Origin: an uncultured Gammaproteobacteria bacterium
GTDB taxonomy: Bacteria > Patescibacteriota > Patescibacteriia > VMEV01 > CAZAJQ01
NCBI GenBank assembly: GCA_964485795.1
Contig: CAZAJQ010000007.1
Location: 3,880-67,879 of the forward strand
Direction of reading: 5' to 3'
Length of the DNA stretch: 64,000 nucleotides
In this document: piece by piece, positions 46,301 to 56,149 of the stretch
Layout: every line of letters starts with the position of its first letter
Position numbering within the stretch: the first letter of the stretch is position 1
The notes under the pieces: model-generated
What the model was told of the DNA's origin: nothing
What the model saw: the letters and a program-made list of their open reading frames with translations, nothing else
Database searches by the model: none
Position numbers and translations under genes: made by a program

Positions 46301-46891
46301 TTAGGAGGGATTTACAATAACGATTTTGGTTTCGTCGTTTTGCAAATCCTTTTTGACTATTTTGTATTTTGAAATTCTCTCTTGTCCCGCGCAGCCCATT
46401 TCTTTGCAGAATTGTTCCAATCCGGAACCGAAATCCTTGCCATTGGCAACCGGCATGATGACTCTGGGTTCCAATTCCTTTATCAAGGAAAGAACGTCCT
46501 TGACGGGAAGCGCCCCTTCTCCGTCGATCGGAACCATGAGTATGTCGATATTCCCCAAAGCTTCGAGCTGAGCGGTATGCAAATCATGCGAAAGTCTCCC
46601 GAGATACAAGAGCACCAATTCTTCGGCGTCAATCTTGTACATGACATTCGTATCTTCAGGGTTTTCTTCATTGTCCGATGCGATCCCATAGACAAACACG
46701 TCCATGAGCTCGTATTCTCCCGGCTGATCGATGTAAAAAGCGTCATTTTGTTTTTTTTCGGCGTCAAAAAAACCTCTTTTTGACGCTATCAAAATATTTC
46801 CCGATGTCTTTGCGTCCGCGACTTCAAGACGCACAGCGGCGGTTTTGTACTGAATATGAATGCCCGAACCTTTTTCGGCTGTGATGATCAT
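46301..46891 (-). CDS. MBL-fold-like protein, possibly degenerate (no HxHxDH motif seen)
   Basis: The C-terminal half LGNIDILMVPIDGEGALPVKDVLSLIKELEPRVIMPVANGK resembles UPF0173/metal-dependent hydrolase C-terminal strands. The N-terminal half lacks the His cluster. Confidence 0.4.
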   Translation of the reverse strand: MIITAEKGSGIHIQYKTAAVRLEVADAKTSGNILIASKRGFFDAEKKQNDAFYIDQPGEYELMDVFVYGIASDNEENPEDTNVMYKIDAEELVLLYLGRLSHDLHTAQLEALGNIDILMVPIDGEGALPVKDVLSLIKELEPRVIMPVANGKDFGSGLEQFCKEMGCAGQERISKYKIVKKDLQNDETKIVIVNPS

Positions 46892-47131
46892 AACTTGGCA
46901 AAATCAAAAAAAATTTTCTCGATTGAGAAACATTGTTGGGATCGTATCACAAAATTTCCTTCCGGTAAACCCCAGAAAAACCGCGTGGAGAAGACGGTTG
47001 AATACCCGTGGCATGTAAAATATGGGGAGACATGCACATTGCAGACGCATGAATGGATGTTGGGACATACAGGTTCAGGAACGGACATGGACGCATCGCT
47101 GGAAAGACTGGGAAGGACACAGAGGCCTCCC

Positions 47132-47824
47132 CTACGGGGGTTCATAACCCTCCAAAACCTCATCCATTTCTTCCAATGTTAAATCTTTGGAAAGAACGCT
47201 GAAACTTTCTTTCCATTCCACAATCGTCTGCTTCGCTTCATCGGCAATGCGCGGTTTTTTCTCCGCAATCTTTTGCAACTTTTCGACTCGACTCAACATC
47301 CGCTCTTTCAATGCGCGAAAATCTTCCACATACGCTTCATGAATTTTTGAAAACTCTCCGCCAATGCCAGCGGCGGCCTCGTCCAAAAGCTTTTTTTTGC
47401 AAGAAAATTCGGCTTCCCGTATGGCGAGAGTTTCATCAGATTGCAATACGGGGTGAAAAGCGTCTCGATGCGTAGTGAACTCTTCATGCGCCAATCTCTG
47501 ACGGCTCAAGGTATCCTCCTGAAATTTCAGCCAATATTCATACTTGGCATGGTACCGGCTGTCCAAATTTTGCCTCACGCAGGATTTCATTTTTGAAATG
47601 AAATTATCTTCCCAAATCCTCTCAAAAGCCTTGCGATACGGCCAGCTTTGCAGTCCAAATCGAAAAATCATGTCCGTAATTTCTTGCTGCGAGATATGCG
47701 GATCGGCGGCGACTTTCTCATACTCGCGTTTCATCGCCTCCTTCTCCGTTTCCGGAAACGTGGGAGGCAGGCTTTCGATAAGAAGCTTGATCTGGTCGAG
47801 GGAGTATTTGAAGGAGTGAGGCAT
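47132..47824 (-). CDS. Hypothetical protein (230 aa)
   Basis: Complete ORF with charged helical sequence. Confidence 0.5.
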   Translation of the reverse strand: MPHSFKYSLDQIKLLIESLPPTFPETEKEAMKREYEKVAADPHISQQEITDMIFRFGLQSWPYRKAFERIWEDNFISKMKSCVRQNLDSRYHAKYEYWLKFQEDTLSRQRLAHEEFTTHRDAFHPVLQSDETLAIREAEFSCKKKLLDEAAAGIGGEFSKIHEAYVEDFRALKERMLSRVEKLQKIAEKKPRIADEAKQTIVEWKESFSVLSKDLTLEEMDEVLEGYEPP

Positions 47825-47859
47825 AGAAATTTCATTTTGTATCAGTATACCCAGCTGAC

Positions 47860-48125
47860 GCTTTGGGGTGCAAATGAAGAACGGGTGAGGGCGGGCTTGC
47901 AGTATTCGGTAGCTCCCATGTTCACGGAACTCACCCCTCCGTCATCCTCCGCTACGCTCCGGACGACACCTCCCCTTGTGCAAGGGGAGGAAATCAGTGC
48001 AATATGTATTCTCCCCTTGGACAAGGGGAGATGCCCGAAGGGCAGAGGGGTGAGCTTCGTGAACATGGGAGCTTACCATGTCCGGAGTGGCGAGATAGTG
48101 TTCCGACGGTAAGCAGGGGAACCCA
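47860..48125. repeat. Copy B (longer, reverse-complemented) of the GC-rich nested-hairpin repeat element
   Basis: Its reverse complement contains the same CACCCCTCTGCCCTTCGGGCATCTCCCCTTGTCCAAGGGGAGAATA and CCTCCCCTTGTGCAAGGGGAGG hairpins as 1121-1330. It has an extra long arm: GCTCCCATGTTCACGAAGCTCACCCCTC pairs with GAGGGGTGAGTTCCGTGAACATGGGAGC at about 26/28 bp. Confidence 0.6.
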
Positions 48126-48381
48126 TTTTTTAATACCTTGAGAAAAGATATGCTTTTGACGTCAAGTGCGGATTCTATTACACCCTGAAATTCCGAGACC
48201 TTTGTATCGGAATTTTATTTTTTTAGAATATATGCTTCAATAGCTCGCGTGGATTTCAAGGAGCCACCTCACGGTGAGGAGAAAAAACAAATACAGCAAC
48301 AATACGAAATTCTTTTCAAGCAATTATCCTCCATCAAACCAATAAAAACCGCGGGCTCACAATTTCCAAAAAATAAGACCT

Positions 48382-48621
48382 TTATAGAGCCGCATAGGTA
48401 TGATCATTCCGACGCTCGATAATCAATATTCGGATTTCCAGTATGGTTGTGAATACGATTCGCATCTTCCCCCTGCGAACTCTCAATACATGCGGATATC
48501 CCTTGAGCTTTTTTATGTCGAGTCCGGTAAAGTCTTGCTTGAAAATCCTTTCTATAATCAAAATGAGCGCTTCCCGCTCATCTTTATTGAACTTTTTCAG
48601 CATTTTCTCGAGCGATGACAT
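48382..48621 (-). CDS. Type II toxin of the RelE/ParE family
   Basis: 79 aa. The LKGYPHVLRVRRGKMRIVFT..IIERRND pattern matches RelE/ParE. It lies 3 nt downstream of the antitoxin gene. Confidence 0.55.
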   Translation of the reverse strand: MSSLEKMLKKFNKDEREALILIIERIFKQDFTGLDIKKLKGYPHVLRVRRGKMRIVFTTILEIRILIIERRNDHTYAAL

Positions 48622-48624
48622 ATC

Positions 48625-48867
48625 TTATCGGCTCATCTTTTTGAGAGCCTGCAGTATTTTTTTTGCCGATATTCCCTGCGGATAAATCTCCGTAAAATCC
48701 ACCACGGTTTCCCACGTTTCGGTCTCAGTGATCGGTACGACTCGAAACATGGGTTTGTTTTTTTTATAAACGCTGAAACTCAATGTTTGTTTTGAAACAT
48801 TCTCCGCGTACTTCGTCAAATTTGTTCGAAAATTTTTCAGAGAAACGATGGTGTCCATAAATGGCAT
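48625..48867 (-). CDS. Phd/YefM-type antitoxin
   Basis: 80 aa. The N-terminus MPFMDTIVSLKNFRTNLTKYAENV.. matches the antitoxin family pattern. It is the operon partner of the RelE-like gene. Confidence 0.5.
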   Translation of the reverse strand: MPFMDTIVSLKNFRTNLTKYAENVSKQTLSFSVYKKNKPMFRVVPITETETWETVVDFTEIYPQGISAKKILQALKKMSR

Positions 48868-49015
48868 TCATATTTTATCCAAAGGTTATCTTTAGGTTAA
48901 CTCACTATCATGGCTACGTCAATCAAACCAGTAGAACCGCGGGCTCATCATTTTCATGAAAAAAAGACCATTCTTTTCAGAATGGTCTTAAGTGCTTAGA
49001 AAATGGTAATTTTGT

Positions 49016-49933
49016 CTACTCTCCACTTTCCAACTTCTCCTCTGTCTTATCAGAAGAGGAGTTACTCTTGTCAAGGAGCTTGTACCTATACAGCTTTTCC
49101 TCTTTATGAGAGGAGCTACTCTTGTAGAGATACGCATCCTCTCCGGTTTCAGGCGTATTGAAATTCGACTCCTGAAACTTTTTGAGCTGCTCCGTGTAAC
49201 TTACAGAAAAAAAATTTTGACTCGTAAAAAAATTATATTCAAGGTCAGAAGTATATCTTTGAGAAATACTTTCCAATTTCTTTTCTAAATCTTCCTTCGA
49301 AATATTTTCGAAGAAATAGAGAATTTTCTTTTTACTTGTTGGGTGTATGAAGGCAATAAAAAAGAATTTAAATTCTTCCACCCAATATACCTTTTTAGCA
49401 AATTGGCCTTGCTTTGCCGTTTTCCCTTGAGTCTCAGAATCATTTTTCAACTCGAATATCTGCGAAGACACATCACTTCTTGAGAACCCTGTAAATGCAA
49501 CCAAAAGCTTTCGATAATGAAGTATCTGCTTCTGTGCTTCTTGTTGCTTCGCGGGATCTTTTGATAGTAACAGTATGCGCTGACTTTGGATCTGCAGCTT
49601 GAGATTTCTTACTATGCGCTCCACTGAGCGCATCAACGATTCATGACTTTCATAATTTCGCATTCCATCAATGATTTCGGCAATATTGCCTTTATTAACG
49701 GCATCCATTAAAATTATTGCCATCTTATGTTTGCGTTCATACATTTCTTTTACCAATGGATGCATCTCCCCTGCCATCTCATCATCTCTTTTTCCCGCAG
49801 ATTTTGCCTCTGTCACTGGCCCAACTAATGCTTTTGAAGCCTCCTCTTTTTTCTCTTGTCCAAAAGAGATGATAGAAAACCCGCACATGGCGACAATAAA
49901 AGCACCGAGAACGAGAACTTTTTTGTGGTTCAT
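49016..49933 (-). CDS. Hypothetical secreted protein (305 aa)
   Basis: Signal peptide MNHKKVLVLGAFIVAMCGFSIISFGQ. Confidence 0.5.
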   Translation of the reverse strand: MNHKKVLVLGAFIVAMCGFSIISFGQEKKEEASKALVGPVTEAKSAGKRDDEMAGEMHPLVKEMYERKHKMAIILMDAVNKGNIAEIIDGMRNYESHESLMRSVERIVRNLKLQIQSQRILLLSKDPAKQQEAQKQILHYRKLLVAFTGFSRSDVSSQIFELKNDSETQGKTAKQGQFAKKVYWVEEFKFFFIAFIHPTSKKKILYFFENISKEDLEKKLESISQRYTSDLEYNFFTSQNFFSVSYTEQLKKFQESNFNTPETGEDAYLYKSSSSHKEEKLYRYKLLDKSNSSSDKTEEKLESGE

Positions 49934-50035
49934 TTTTTTGAACCTCCTTTTAAAATAACAAGCACTTTTTCTTGAGAATCACCACGATTCTCGATAAGAG
50001 ATTATTTGTATCTTAATTATGGGATTTTGTCAATA

Positions 50036-50064
50036 TTGCCATCCCTTGACTTTTTCGCTATAGT
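50036..50064 (+). promoter_or_regulatory. Candidate sigma-70 promoter for rpsA (TTGCCA-N17-TATAGT)
   Basis: The -35 TTGCCA is at 50036-50041 and the -10 TATAGT is at 50059-50064, with a 17-nt spacer. It lies about 130 nt upstream of the rpsA ATG. Confidence 0.3.
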
Positions 50065-50193
50065 TCGAGCACATGCAGGATTTATATCCGTTTCCGCCTC
50101 CTGCCGGAAACACCCATACTCCACTGCGGGAAGGGATATAACCGTACATACACACAAAAAGACGGTTTTCACAATACCTCTTTTTTATTTTTT

Positions 50194-51384
50194 ATGAACG
50201 AAAACACTCAACCAAAAAATCAGCTGCAAATCATGGATGATCTCATCGCAAAAAAGATGATCATCACCGTCCCAAAAATCGGCGAAATCGTCCGCGGAAA
50301 AGTCATCAGCATTTCCAGTAAAGAAGTCTTGATCGACTTGGCCGGACTCTCCACGGGCATCGTCCGCGGTCGCGAACTCTATGACGCCAGCGGCGAATAC
50401 TCCGAGTTGAAAGTCGGCGACGACGTGCAGGCAACCGTCATCGACATCGAAAACGAACGCGGAGAATTGGAACTGTCTTTTGCCTTGGCCGGACATCAAA
50501 AAGCTTGGGATCACCTCGAAAACGTTTCCAAAGAAAACAAAATCGTGCAGGCCAAAATCGTCAGCGCCAACAAAGGAGGGCTGATGGCAAAAATCGGGCA
50601 TATCGTCGGATTTTTGCCGGTATCGCAGCTTTCACCGGAGAATTATCCCCGCGTCGAAGGCGGTGACAAGGTAAAAATCCTCGAAAAGCTCAATAAACTC
50701 GTCAATAAACATCTGGACGTGAAGGTGATCGACGTGGACGAAAAGGACGAAAAATTGATCGTGTCCGAAAAAGCCGCATGGGAAGAAAAACAGCAAAGCA
50801 CGATTTCCAAATACAAGGTGGGCAATGTCGTCGAGGGCAAGGTGACGGGCATCATTAATTTCGGCGTTTTCGTGGAATTCGGCGACGGGCTGGAAGGATT
50901 GGTGCATATCTCCGAACTCGCATGGCAACGCATCGAAGATCCCAGTCAGGTGGTGAAAGTCGGCGACCATGTGCAAGCCAAGATCATCAGCATCGACGGA
51001 TCGCGCATATCGCTTTCCATGAAAAAACTCCAACAAGATCCATGGCTGGAACTTGCAAAAAAATACAAGGTCGGAGACATGGTCGAAGGAAAGATCATCA
51101 AGGTAAACCCTTTCGGATTCTTCGTCGAGCTGGATGCCGATATTCATGGACTGGCTCATATTTCCGAGCTTTCGGACAAACCCATCACATCACCCGAACC
51201 TATCGCCAAAGAAAACGATACGCTGAAATTCCGAATCATATCGATCGAACCGCACAATCATCGTCTCGGACTTTCTCTCAAACTCAAATCCGAAAAAAAA
51301 TCGTCGGAAAAAGATGAAAAACCCGTCACTCCGTCCGCAGCTCCGGAAACAAAGGAGGAAGAAACTGCAAAAAGCAATGAATGA
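50194..51384 (+). CDS. rpsA: 30S ribosomal protein S1 (short form, four S1 domains)
   Basis: Repeated S1 motifs GEIVRGKV, VGDDVQATVIDIE, VGNVVEGKVTGIINFGVFVEFGDGLEGLVHISEL and VGDMVEGKIIKVNPFGFFVEL. Confidence 0.85.
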   Translation: MNENTQPKNQLQIMDDLIAKKMIITVPKIGEIVRGKVISISSKEVLIDLAGLSTGIVRGRELYDASGEYSELKVGDDVQATVIDIENERGELELSFALAGHQKAWDHLENVSKENKIVQAKIVSANKGGLMAKIGHIVGFLPVSQLSPENYPRVEGGDKVKILEKLNKLVNKHLDVKVIDVDEKDEKLIVSEKAAWEEKQQSTISKYKVGNVVEGKVTGIINFGVFVEFGDGLEGLVHISELAWQRIEDPSQVVKVGDHVQAKIISIDGSRISLSMKKLQQDPWLELAKKYKVGDMVEGKIIKVNPFGFFVELDADIHGLAHISELSDKPITSPEPIAKENDTLKFRIISIEPHNHRLGLSLKLKSEKKSSEKDEKPVTPSAAPETKEEETAKSNE

Positions 51385-51503
51385 CGTCGTGCGCCCGTCA
51401 ACGGGGCATGGTATACTTTTTTACAATGTCGAGACCGTGAAAAATCTCTTATTGCATCGTTTCTCAGCAATTTCATGTTGAGCGAACGAATGATAGTGTC
51501 GCT

Positions 51504-53357
51504 ATGAAAAAAAATTTGACGAAAAATTTTTTCACCTTTCTTCTCGTATTTTTCATCATCGCGGCTTTTTTCAGCCTCTACACGGATGAAAGCAAAAAAG
51601 AAGAAAGAATTTCCATCCAACAGCTCCTCCAAAGCATCGAAGATGAAAAGGTGGAGAGTATTCTCGTGGAAGGCAATACCATCCATGCGGTGACGGAAAA
51701 TGGCAGCAAGTACTTCACGCTCAAAGAACCTCTCGAAACTTTCTCGCAACTTGCGGATAATTACGGCGTGGACAAAACCAAGCTCAAAAATATTCGCATC
51801 GAAACCAAGGAAGAATCCGGATTCGGATTCTGGTTGCGATCTTTGGCGCCCATCCTGATTCCTTTTTTCCTCATCGCCGTGCTCGTCTGGTTCATGCTGC
51901 GGCAGATTCAAGGCGCCAATTCTCGCGCCATGATGTTTGGCCAAAGCTCGGCTCGGCAGGTCAATAAATCCAAAAACAAAATCACCTTCAAAGACGTGGC
52001 CGGAGCCAAAGAAGCCAAAGAAGAACTCCAAGAAATCGTCGAATTTCTTCTCAATCCCGAAAAATTCCGCAAGGTTGGCGCCACGATTCCACGCGGTGTT
52101 CTGCTCATGGGTCCTCCCGGAACCGGAAAAACTTTGCTTGCCAAGGCCGTAGCCGGCGAAGCGAATGTTCCGTTTTTCACGATTTCCGGATCCGAATTCG
52201 TGGAAATGTTCGTCGGAGTCGGAGCGTCGCGCGTGCGGGATCTGTTTAAAAAGGCGAAAAAAAATTCACCGTGCATCATTTTCATCGACGAAATCGACGC
52301 CGTGGGTAGACAAAGGGGCACGGGATTGGGAGGCTCGCACGATGAACGCGAACAAACGCTCAACCAAATCCTCGTGGAAATGGACGGCTTTGACACCAAG
52401 ACCAATGTCATCGTCATGGCCGCGACCAACCGCCCGGATGTGCTTGATCCTGCTTTGTTGCGTCCGGGTCGATTTGATCGCCGCGTGGTGCTTGAAAGGC
52501 CGGACATCAATGAACGTGAAATGATCCTCAAGGTGCACAGTCGCAAAAAGCCGCTGGATAAGGCCGTGAATTTGCGAAAAATAGCGGAGCTGACTCCCGG
52601 GTTTTCGGGTGCCGACCTTGCGAATCTCATCAATGAAGCCGCCATTCTTACGGCTCGGAAAAATCAGCAGCATATCACGCAGGACAACCTGTCCATCAGC
52701 ATTGAAAAAGTCATGCTCGGACCGGAACGAAAAAGCCATATTCTCTCGGAAAAAGAAAAACGCATCACCGCCTATCATGAAGCCGGGCACGCCCTTGTGG
52801 CGCATTCTCTGGAACACAGCGACACGGTGAGAAAAGTTTCCATCATCTCGCGCGGGAGAGCGGCGGGATACACGATCAAGCTTCCCCTCGAGGATAAAAA
52901 AATGCACAGCAAGGCGGAATTCATCGATGAACTCGCCGTGCTTTTGGGAGGACAAACCGCGGAAAAGGTTTTTTTCAAAGATTTTACCACCGGCGCATCC
53001 AATGATCTTCAAAAGGCCACGCAAATCGCCATGAGCTTGGTCACCAGATACGGCATGTCGGACGTATTGCCGCCTCGAACCTTTGGCGAGCATGAAGAGC
53101 TGATATTTTTGGGTAAGGAAATTCACGAACAGCGTGATTATTCCGAAAAGACCTCGCAACGCATCGACGAAGAGATCGAGCTTCTCATCAATACGGCCGC
53201 AAAAACGGCTCACCGCATCATCACCGAAAAAAGAGCCGTCATGGATCGCATCGTGGAAGTGCTCATGAAAAAAGAAACCATCGACGGAGATGAATTCAAT
53301 CAGATGATTGACGGCACATATCGGGTAATGGACAAACCAGCGAAAAAAAAAACATAA
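51504..53357 (+). CDS. ftsH: ATP-dependent zinc metalloprotease FtsH
   Basis: N-terminal TM; Walker [19 protein letters not shown]; [10 protein letters not shown]; SRH; [10 protein letters not shown] zinc site. Confidence 0.9.
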   Translation: MKKNLTKNFFTFLLVFFIIAAFFSLYTDESKKEERISIQQLLQSIEDEKVESILVEGNTIHAVTENGSKYFTLKEPLETFSQLADNYGVDKTKLKNIRIETKEESGFGFWLRSLAPILIPFFLIAVLVWFMLRQIQGANSRAMMFGQSSARQVNKSKNKITFKDVAGAKEAKEELQEIVEFLLNPEKFRKVGATIPRGVLLMGPPGTGKTLLAKAVAGEANVPFFTISGSEFVEMFVGVGASRVRDLFKKAKKNSPCIIFIDEIDAVGRQRGTGLGGSHDEREQTLNQILVEMDGFDTKTNVIVMAATNRPDVLDPALLRPGRFDRRVVLERPDINEREMILKVHSRKKPLDKAVNLRKIAELTPGFSGADLANLINEAAILTARKNQQHITQDNLSISIEKVMLGPERKSHILSEKEKRITAYHEAGHALVAHSLEHSDTVRKVSIISRGRAAGYTIKLPLEDKKMHSKAEFIDELAVLLGGQTAEKVFFKDFTTGASNDLQKATQIAMSLVTRYGMSDVLPPRTFGEHEELIFLGKEIHEQRDYSEKTSQRIDEEIELLINTAAKTAHRIITEKRAVMDRIVEVLMKKETIDGDEFNQMIDGTYRVMDKPAKKKT

Positions 53358-53401
53358 TTCCAACAGCTTTTTATTTTTTAATTAAAAAAAAAAACAAAAA
53401 C

Positions 53402-54280
53402 ATGACGATGAAAAATATTCTCAAAGAATCTTTTTTCTTCACATGGCATCATAAATGGCTTTGGATTTTGGGATTGTTTGCGACTTTGCTCAATTCCATA
53501 GACGGCATTTTCACTCCCGTCAAGCTCCTCTTCGCCATACCGGAATTTTCGGCCTTCTCTTGGCTTTTTTTTCTCAACCGTGAAAAAACCATTGTTTTTT
53601 TTCAAAATATTTTGCTTGATTCCGGCATGGAATTTAAATTTTTTTTCGTCGCAATCCTCTTTGGCCTCGTACTCTCGCAAACCATGATCCTGTTGCGTTT
53701 GAGAAACGCATTTTCCGAAACTTCAAAAAACGCATCGAGAGACTCTTGGCCGCAAGCCTTCGGCAAGACGCTGGGCATCAATGTCATTTTTTATAGCGTC
53801 TCGGCCTTAACCTTGCTTGCGGTAGCGATTCTCGTCGAATGGGCTTCAAGTCGCTACGCGCAAATACTCTTGCTTTTGGGGCTGATCTCATGGCTGGTGT
53901 TTTTCTCCTACATCATTTTATTCGCTTTCATTTTTTCCGTCGTAAAAAATTATCCGTTTATCGCTTCATGGAAGCTGGCGGCGATATTTTTTAAAAAGCA
54001 ATTCGCTCAAACGCTTTCTTTTTCCATTCTCTTGGCTTTTGTGAAAATTTTCCTCTTTGCGGCCATCACCGTTTCCACGGTCATCGTCATCTTGCCGCTT
54101 TCGGTGCTGTATTTCTTCGCCGCCGGCATCGAGCTCGTCTTTGTCACGAATCTGCTCACCAAACTCGGATTCCTCCTTGTGGTATGCGTGGGAGCCCTGT
54201 TTTTTGGCGCATGGACGGTATGGGAATACTGCGCATGGAATCTTTTTGTGAAGCACCATCTTCTCTCTGACAAACCTTAA
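53402..54280 (+). CDS. Hypothetical polytopic membrane protein (292 aa)
   Basis: About 7 hydrophobic segments. It lies directly upstream of the GspE/PilB gene. Confidence 0.5.
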   Translation: MTMKNILKESFFFTWHHKWLWILGLFATLLNSIDGIFTPVKLLFAIPEFSAFSWLFFLNREKTIVFFQNILLDSGMEFKFFFVAILFGLVLSQTMILLRLRNAFSETSKNASRDSWPQAFGKTLGINVIFYSVSALTLLAVAILVEWASSRYAQILLLLGLISWLVFFSYIILFAFIFSVVKNYPFIASWKLAAIFFKKQFAQTLSFSILLAFVKIFLFAAITVSTVIVILPLSVLYFFAAGIELVFVTNLLTKLGFLLVVCVGALFFGAWTVWEYCAWNLFVKHHLLSDKP

Positions 54281-54296
54281 TATTGTTTTCATATCA

Positions 54297-56024
54297 ATGC
54301 CCATCTCCTCCATCGAAAATCTTTTCGCCAAAAAAAAAGGAACTTCGGACACAACCGGTTCGGCTGAAGAAAAACTTTCAGAAAAAATGAAACTCATGAA
54401 AATCAAAGATTTTGAGCGTGTCGTCGCGTCAAAAGCCTCTTCCATGAACCTTCCATACCTCTTTTTACAAGGCTTTCCCATCGGTCCGGACACCATCGCC
54501 ATCATCCCGCAGGATCAAGCGCTTTCACTCAAAATCGTCGCCTTTTTTCGATCCACCGAAGAAATCCGAATCGGCGTCGTGGATCCTTCGGTGCAGGGAC
54601 TCTCGGAAATGGTCGAGTATCTCAAAGAGAGATATCATATAGAGCGTCTCATCATCTATCTCATCAGCGAACACAGTTTTTTTGAAGCCATCAAGCTTTA
54701 CAAGGCCGTACCAAAAATCAAAAAAATCCTCAAAGGCGTGGAAATATCGGCAAAAGAAATCGAGAAGTACAAAAAAGAAATCCACGTTCTCTCCGACCTG
54801 CAAAAGATCATCAAAAACGTCAGCATCACGGACATCGTCACCGCTCTCATTTCGCTTGCCATGCAAGTACGCGCATCCGACGTGCATGTGGAGGCCGAGG
54901 CCGAGGATGTCAAGATTCGTTACCGCATCGACGGCATTCTCAATGACGCGGCCGTGCTCCCCCAAGAGCTCTGGGCTCGCATCACTTCGCGCATTAAGCT
55001 TCTCTCCGGACTGAAACTCAATGTCACGACCAAGCCGCAAGACGGACGTTTCACCATTTTCCTCTCCGAAGACAAAATCGACGTCCGAGTTTCCGTGATC
55101 CCCACCACGCACGGTGAAAGCATCGTGCTGCGACTTTTGCGATCTTCGGCAGCCGGTCTCGATTTTCATGACCTCGGCATCACCGGACGCGCCTTCACCG
55201 ACATTTCCGAGGAACTGAGCAAACCAAACGGCATGATCATCACGACCGGCCCCACGGGATCGGGAAAAACGACCACGCTGTACTCCATGCTCACCAATCT
55301 CAATACGCCGGAGACGAAAATCATCACGCTGGAGGATCCGGTGGAGTATAAACTCGAAGGCATCAATCAAAGTCAAATCGATTACAGCAAAGATTATGAT
55401 TTTGCAAACGGATTGCGATCGATTTTGCGTCAGGATCCGGATGTCATCATGGTCGGTGAAATCCGCGACTTGGAAACCGCGGACGTGGCGATCAACGCGG
55501 CCTTGACCGGGCATCTCGTGCTTTCCACCTTGCATACGAACAGCGCGGCCGGAGCCATCCCACGCTTTCTCTCCATGGGTGTGAAGCCCTACCTGCTCTC
55601 ACCGGCGCTCAACGCCATCATCGGACAGCGTCTTGTCAGAAAGGTTTGCCCCCATTGCAAGGTCGAGGACGATCTCGACACGAAAACGCGCGCGGAAGTG
55701 ATAAAAAACCTCGAAAAACTCCCTCCGGAATCGGCCGCGCACATAGACATGAAAGAGTTGCTCACCGCAAAGTTTTATAAAGGCGCAGGATGCAAAGAAT
55801 GTCATGGTATCGGCTATCAGGGTCGTATCGGCATCTATGAAGTCATGATCATGAACAAAGAAATCGAAGCCGCGATTTTGAATCAACAAATATCCGAATA
55901 CAAATTCCAAGACATCTCAACCGCTCGCGGCATGATCACCATGATTCAGGACGGACTCCTGAAAGCTCTCGAAGGCATCACCACCGTGGATGAAGTCTTC
56001 CGCGTGGCGAAAGTGATTGGGTGA
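54297..56024 (+). CDS. Type II secretion / type IV pilus assembly ATPase (GspE/PilB family)
   Basis: Walker A ITTGPTGSGKTTT, Walker B VIMVGEIRDLETA, His box, and the C-terminal tetracysteine CPHCK...CKEC motif. Confidence 0.85.
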   Translation: MPISSIENLFAKKKGTSDTTGSAEEKLSEKMKLMKIKDFERVVASKASSMNLPYLFLQGFPIGPDTIAIIPQDQALSLKIVAFFRSTEEIRIGVVDPSVQGLSEMVEYLKERYHIERLIIYLISEHSFFEAIKLYKAVPKIKKILKGVEISAKEIEKYKKEIHVLSDLQKIIKNVSITDIVTALISLAMQVRASDVHVEAEAEDVKIRYRIDGILNDAAVLPQELWARITSRIKLLSGLKLNVTTKPQDGRFTIFLSEDKIDVRVSVIPTTHGESIVLRLLRSSAAGLDFHDLGITGRAFTDISEELSKPNGMIITTGPTGSGKTTTLYSMLTNLNTPETKIITLEDPVEYKLEGINQSQIDYSKDYDFANGLRSILRQDPDVIMVGEIRDLETADVAINAALTGHLVLSTLHTNSAAGAIPRFLSMGVKPYLLSPALNAIIGQRLVRKVCPHCKVEDDLDTKTRAEVIKNLEKLPPESAAHIDMKELLTAKFYKGAGCKECHGIGYQGRIGIYEVMIMNKEIEAAILNQQISEYKFQDISTARGMITMIQDGLLKALEGITTVDEVFRVAKVIG

Positions 56025-56039
56025 CAACATCCACGTCGA

Positions 56040-56130
56040 ATGGTGCGGATGGCACGGATGAACCTCTGTGTTCATCCGTGCCATCCGCACCCCGCCATTC
56101 CGCGGGGAACACACAGAGGTTCGCCCCAAA
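56040..56130 (+). promoter_or_regulatory. Perfect 22-bp stem hairpin followed by a segment complementary to the hairpin loop, in the leader of the dehydrogenase gene (candidate attenuator/regulatory RNA structure)
   Basis: GGTGCGGATGGCACGGATGAAC-CTCTGTG-TTCATCCGTGCCATCCGCACC. Then GAACACACAGAGGTTC follows, where CACAGAGG is complementary to the loop CCTCTGTG. Confidence 0.4.
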
Positions 56131-56149
56131 GCGCGGTTACACACGATAC

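Noticed and set aside
1121-48125. Possibility that the two inverted hairpin-repeat copies are the terminal inverted repeats of one 47-kb transposon
   Set aside because: The interval contains rsmE, typA, dnaG, rpoD, cysS and gyrA as well as a separately delimited tRNA-integrated island, so the content is chromosomal core. The copies also lack matching terminal sequences.
51258-53363. Minus-strand ORFs of 257, 245 and 365 aa across the rpsA end and ftsH
   Set aside because: They are antisense to the highly conserved ftsH/rpsA genes, with no domains.
54525-55535. 336-aa minus-strand ORF inside the GspE/PilB gene
   Set aside because: Antisense shadow of the conserved ATPase.
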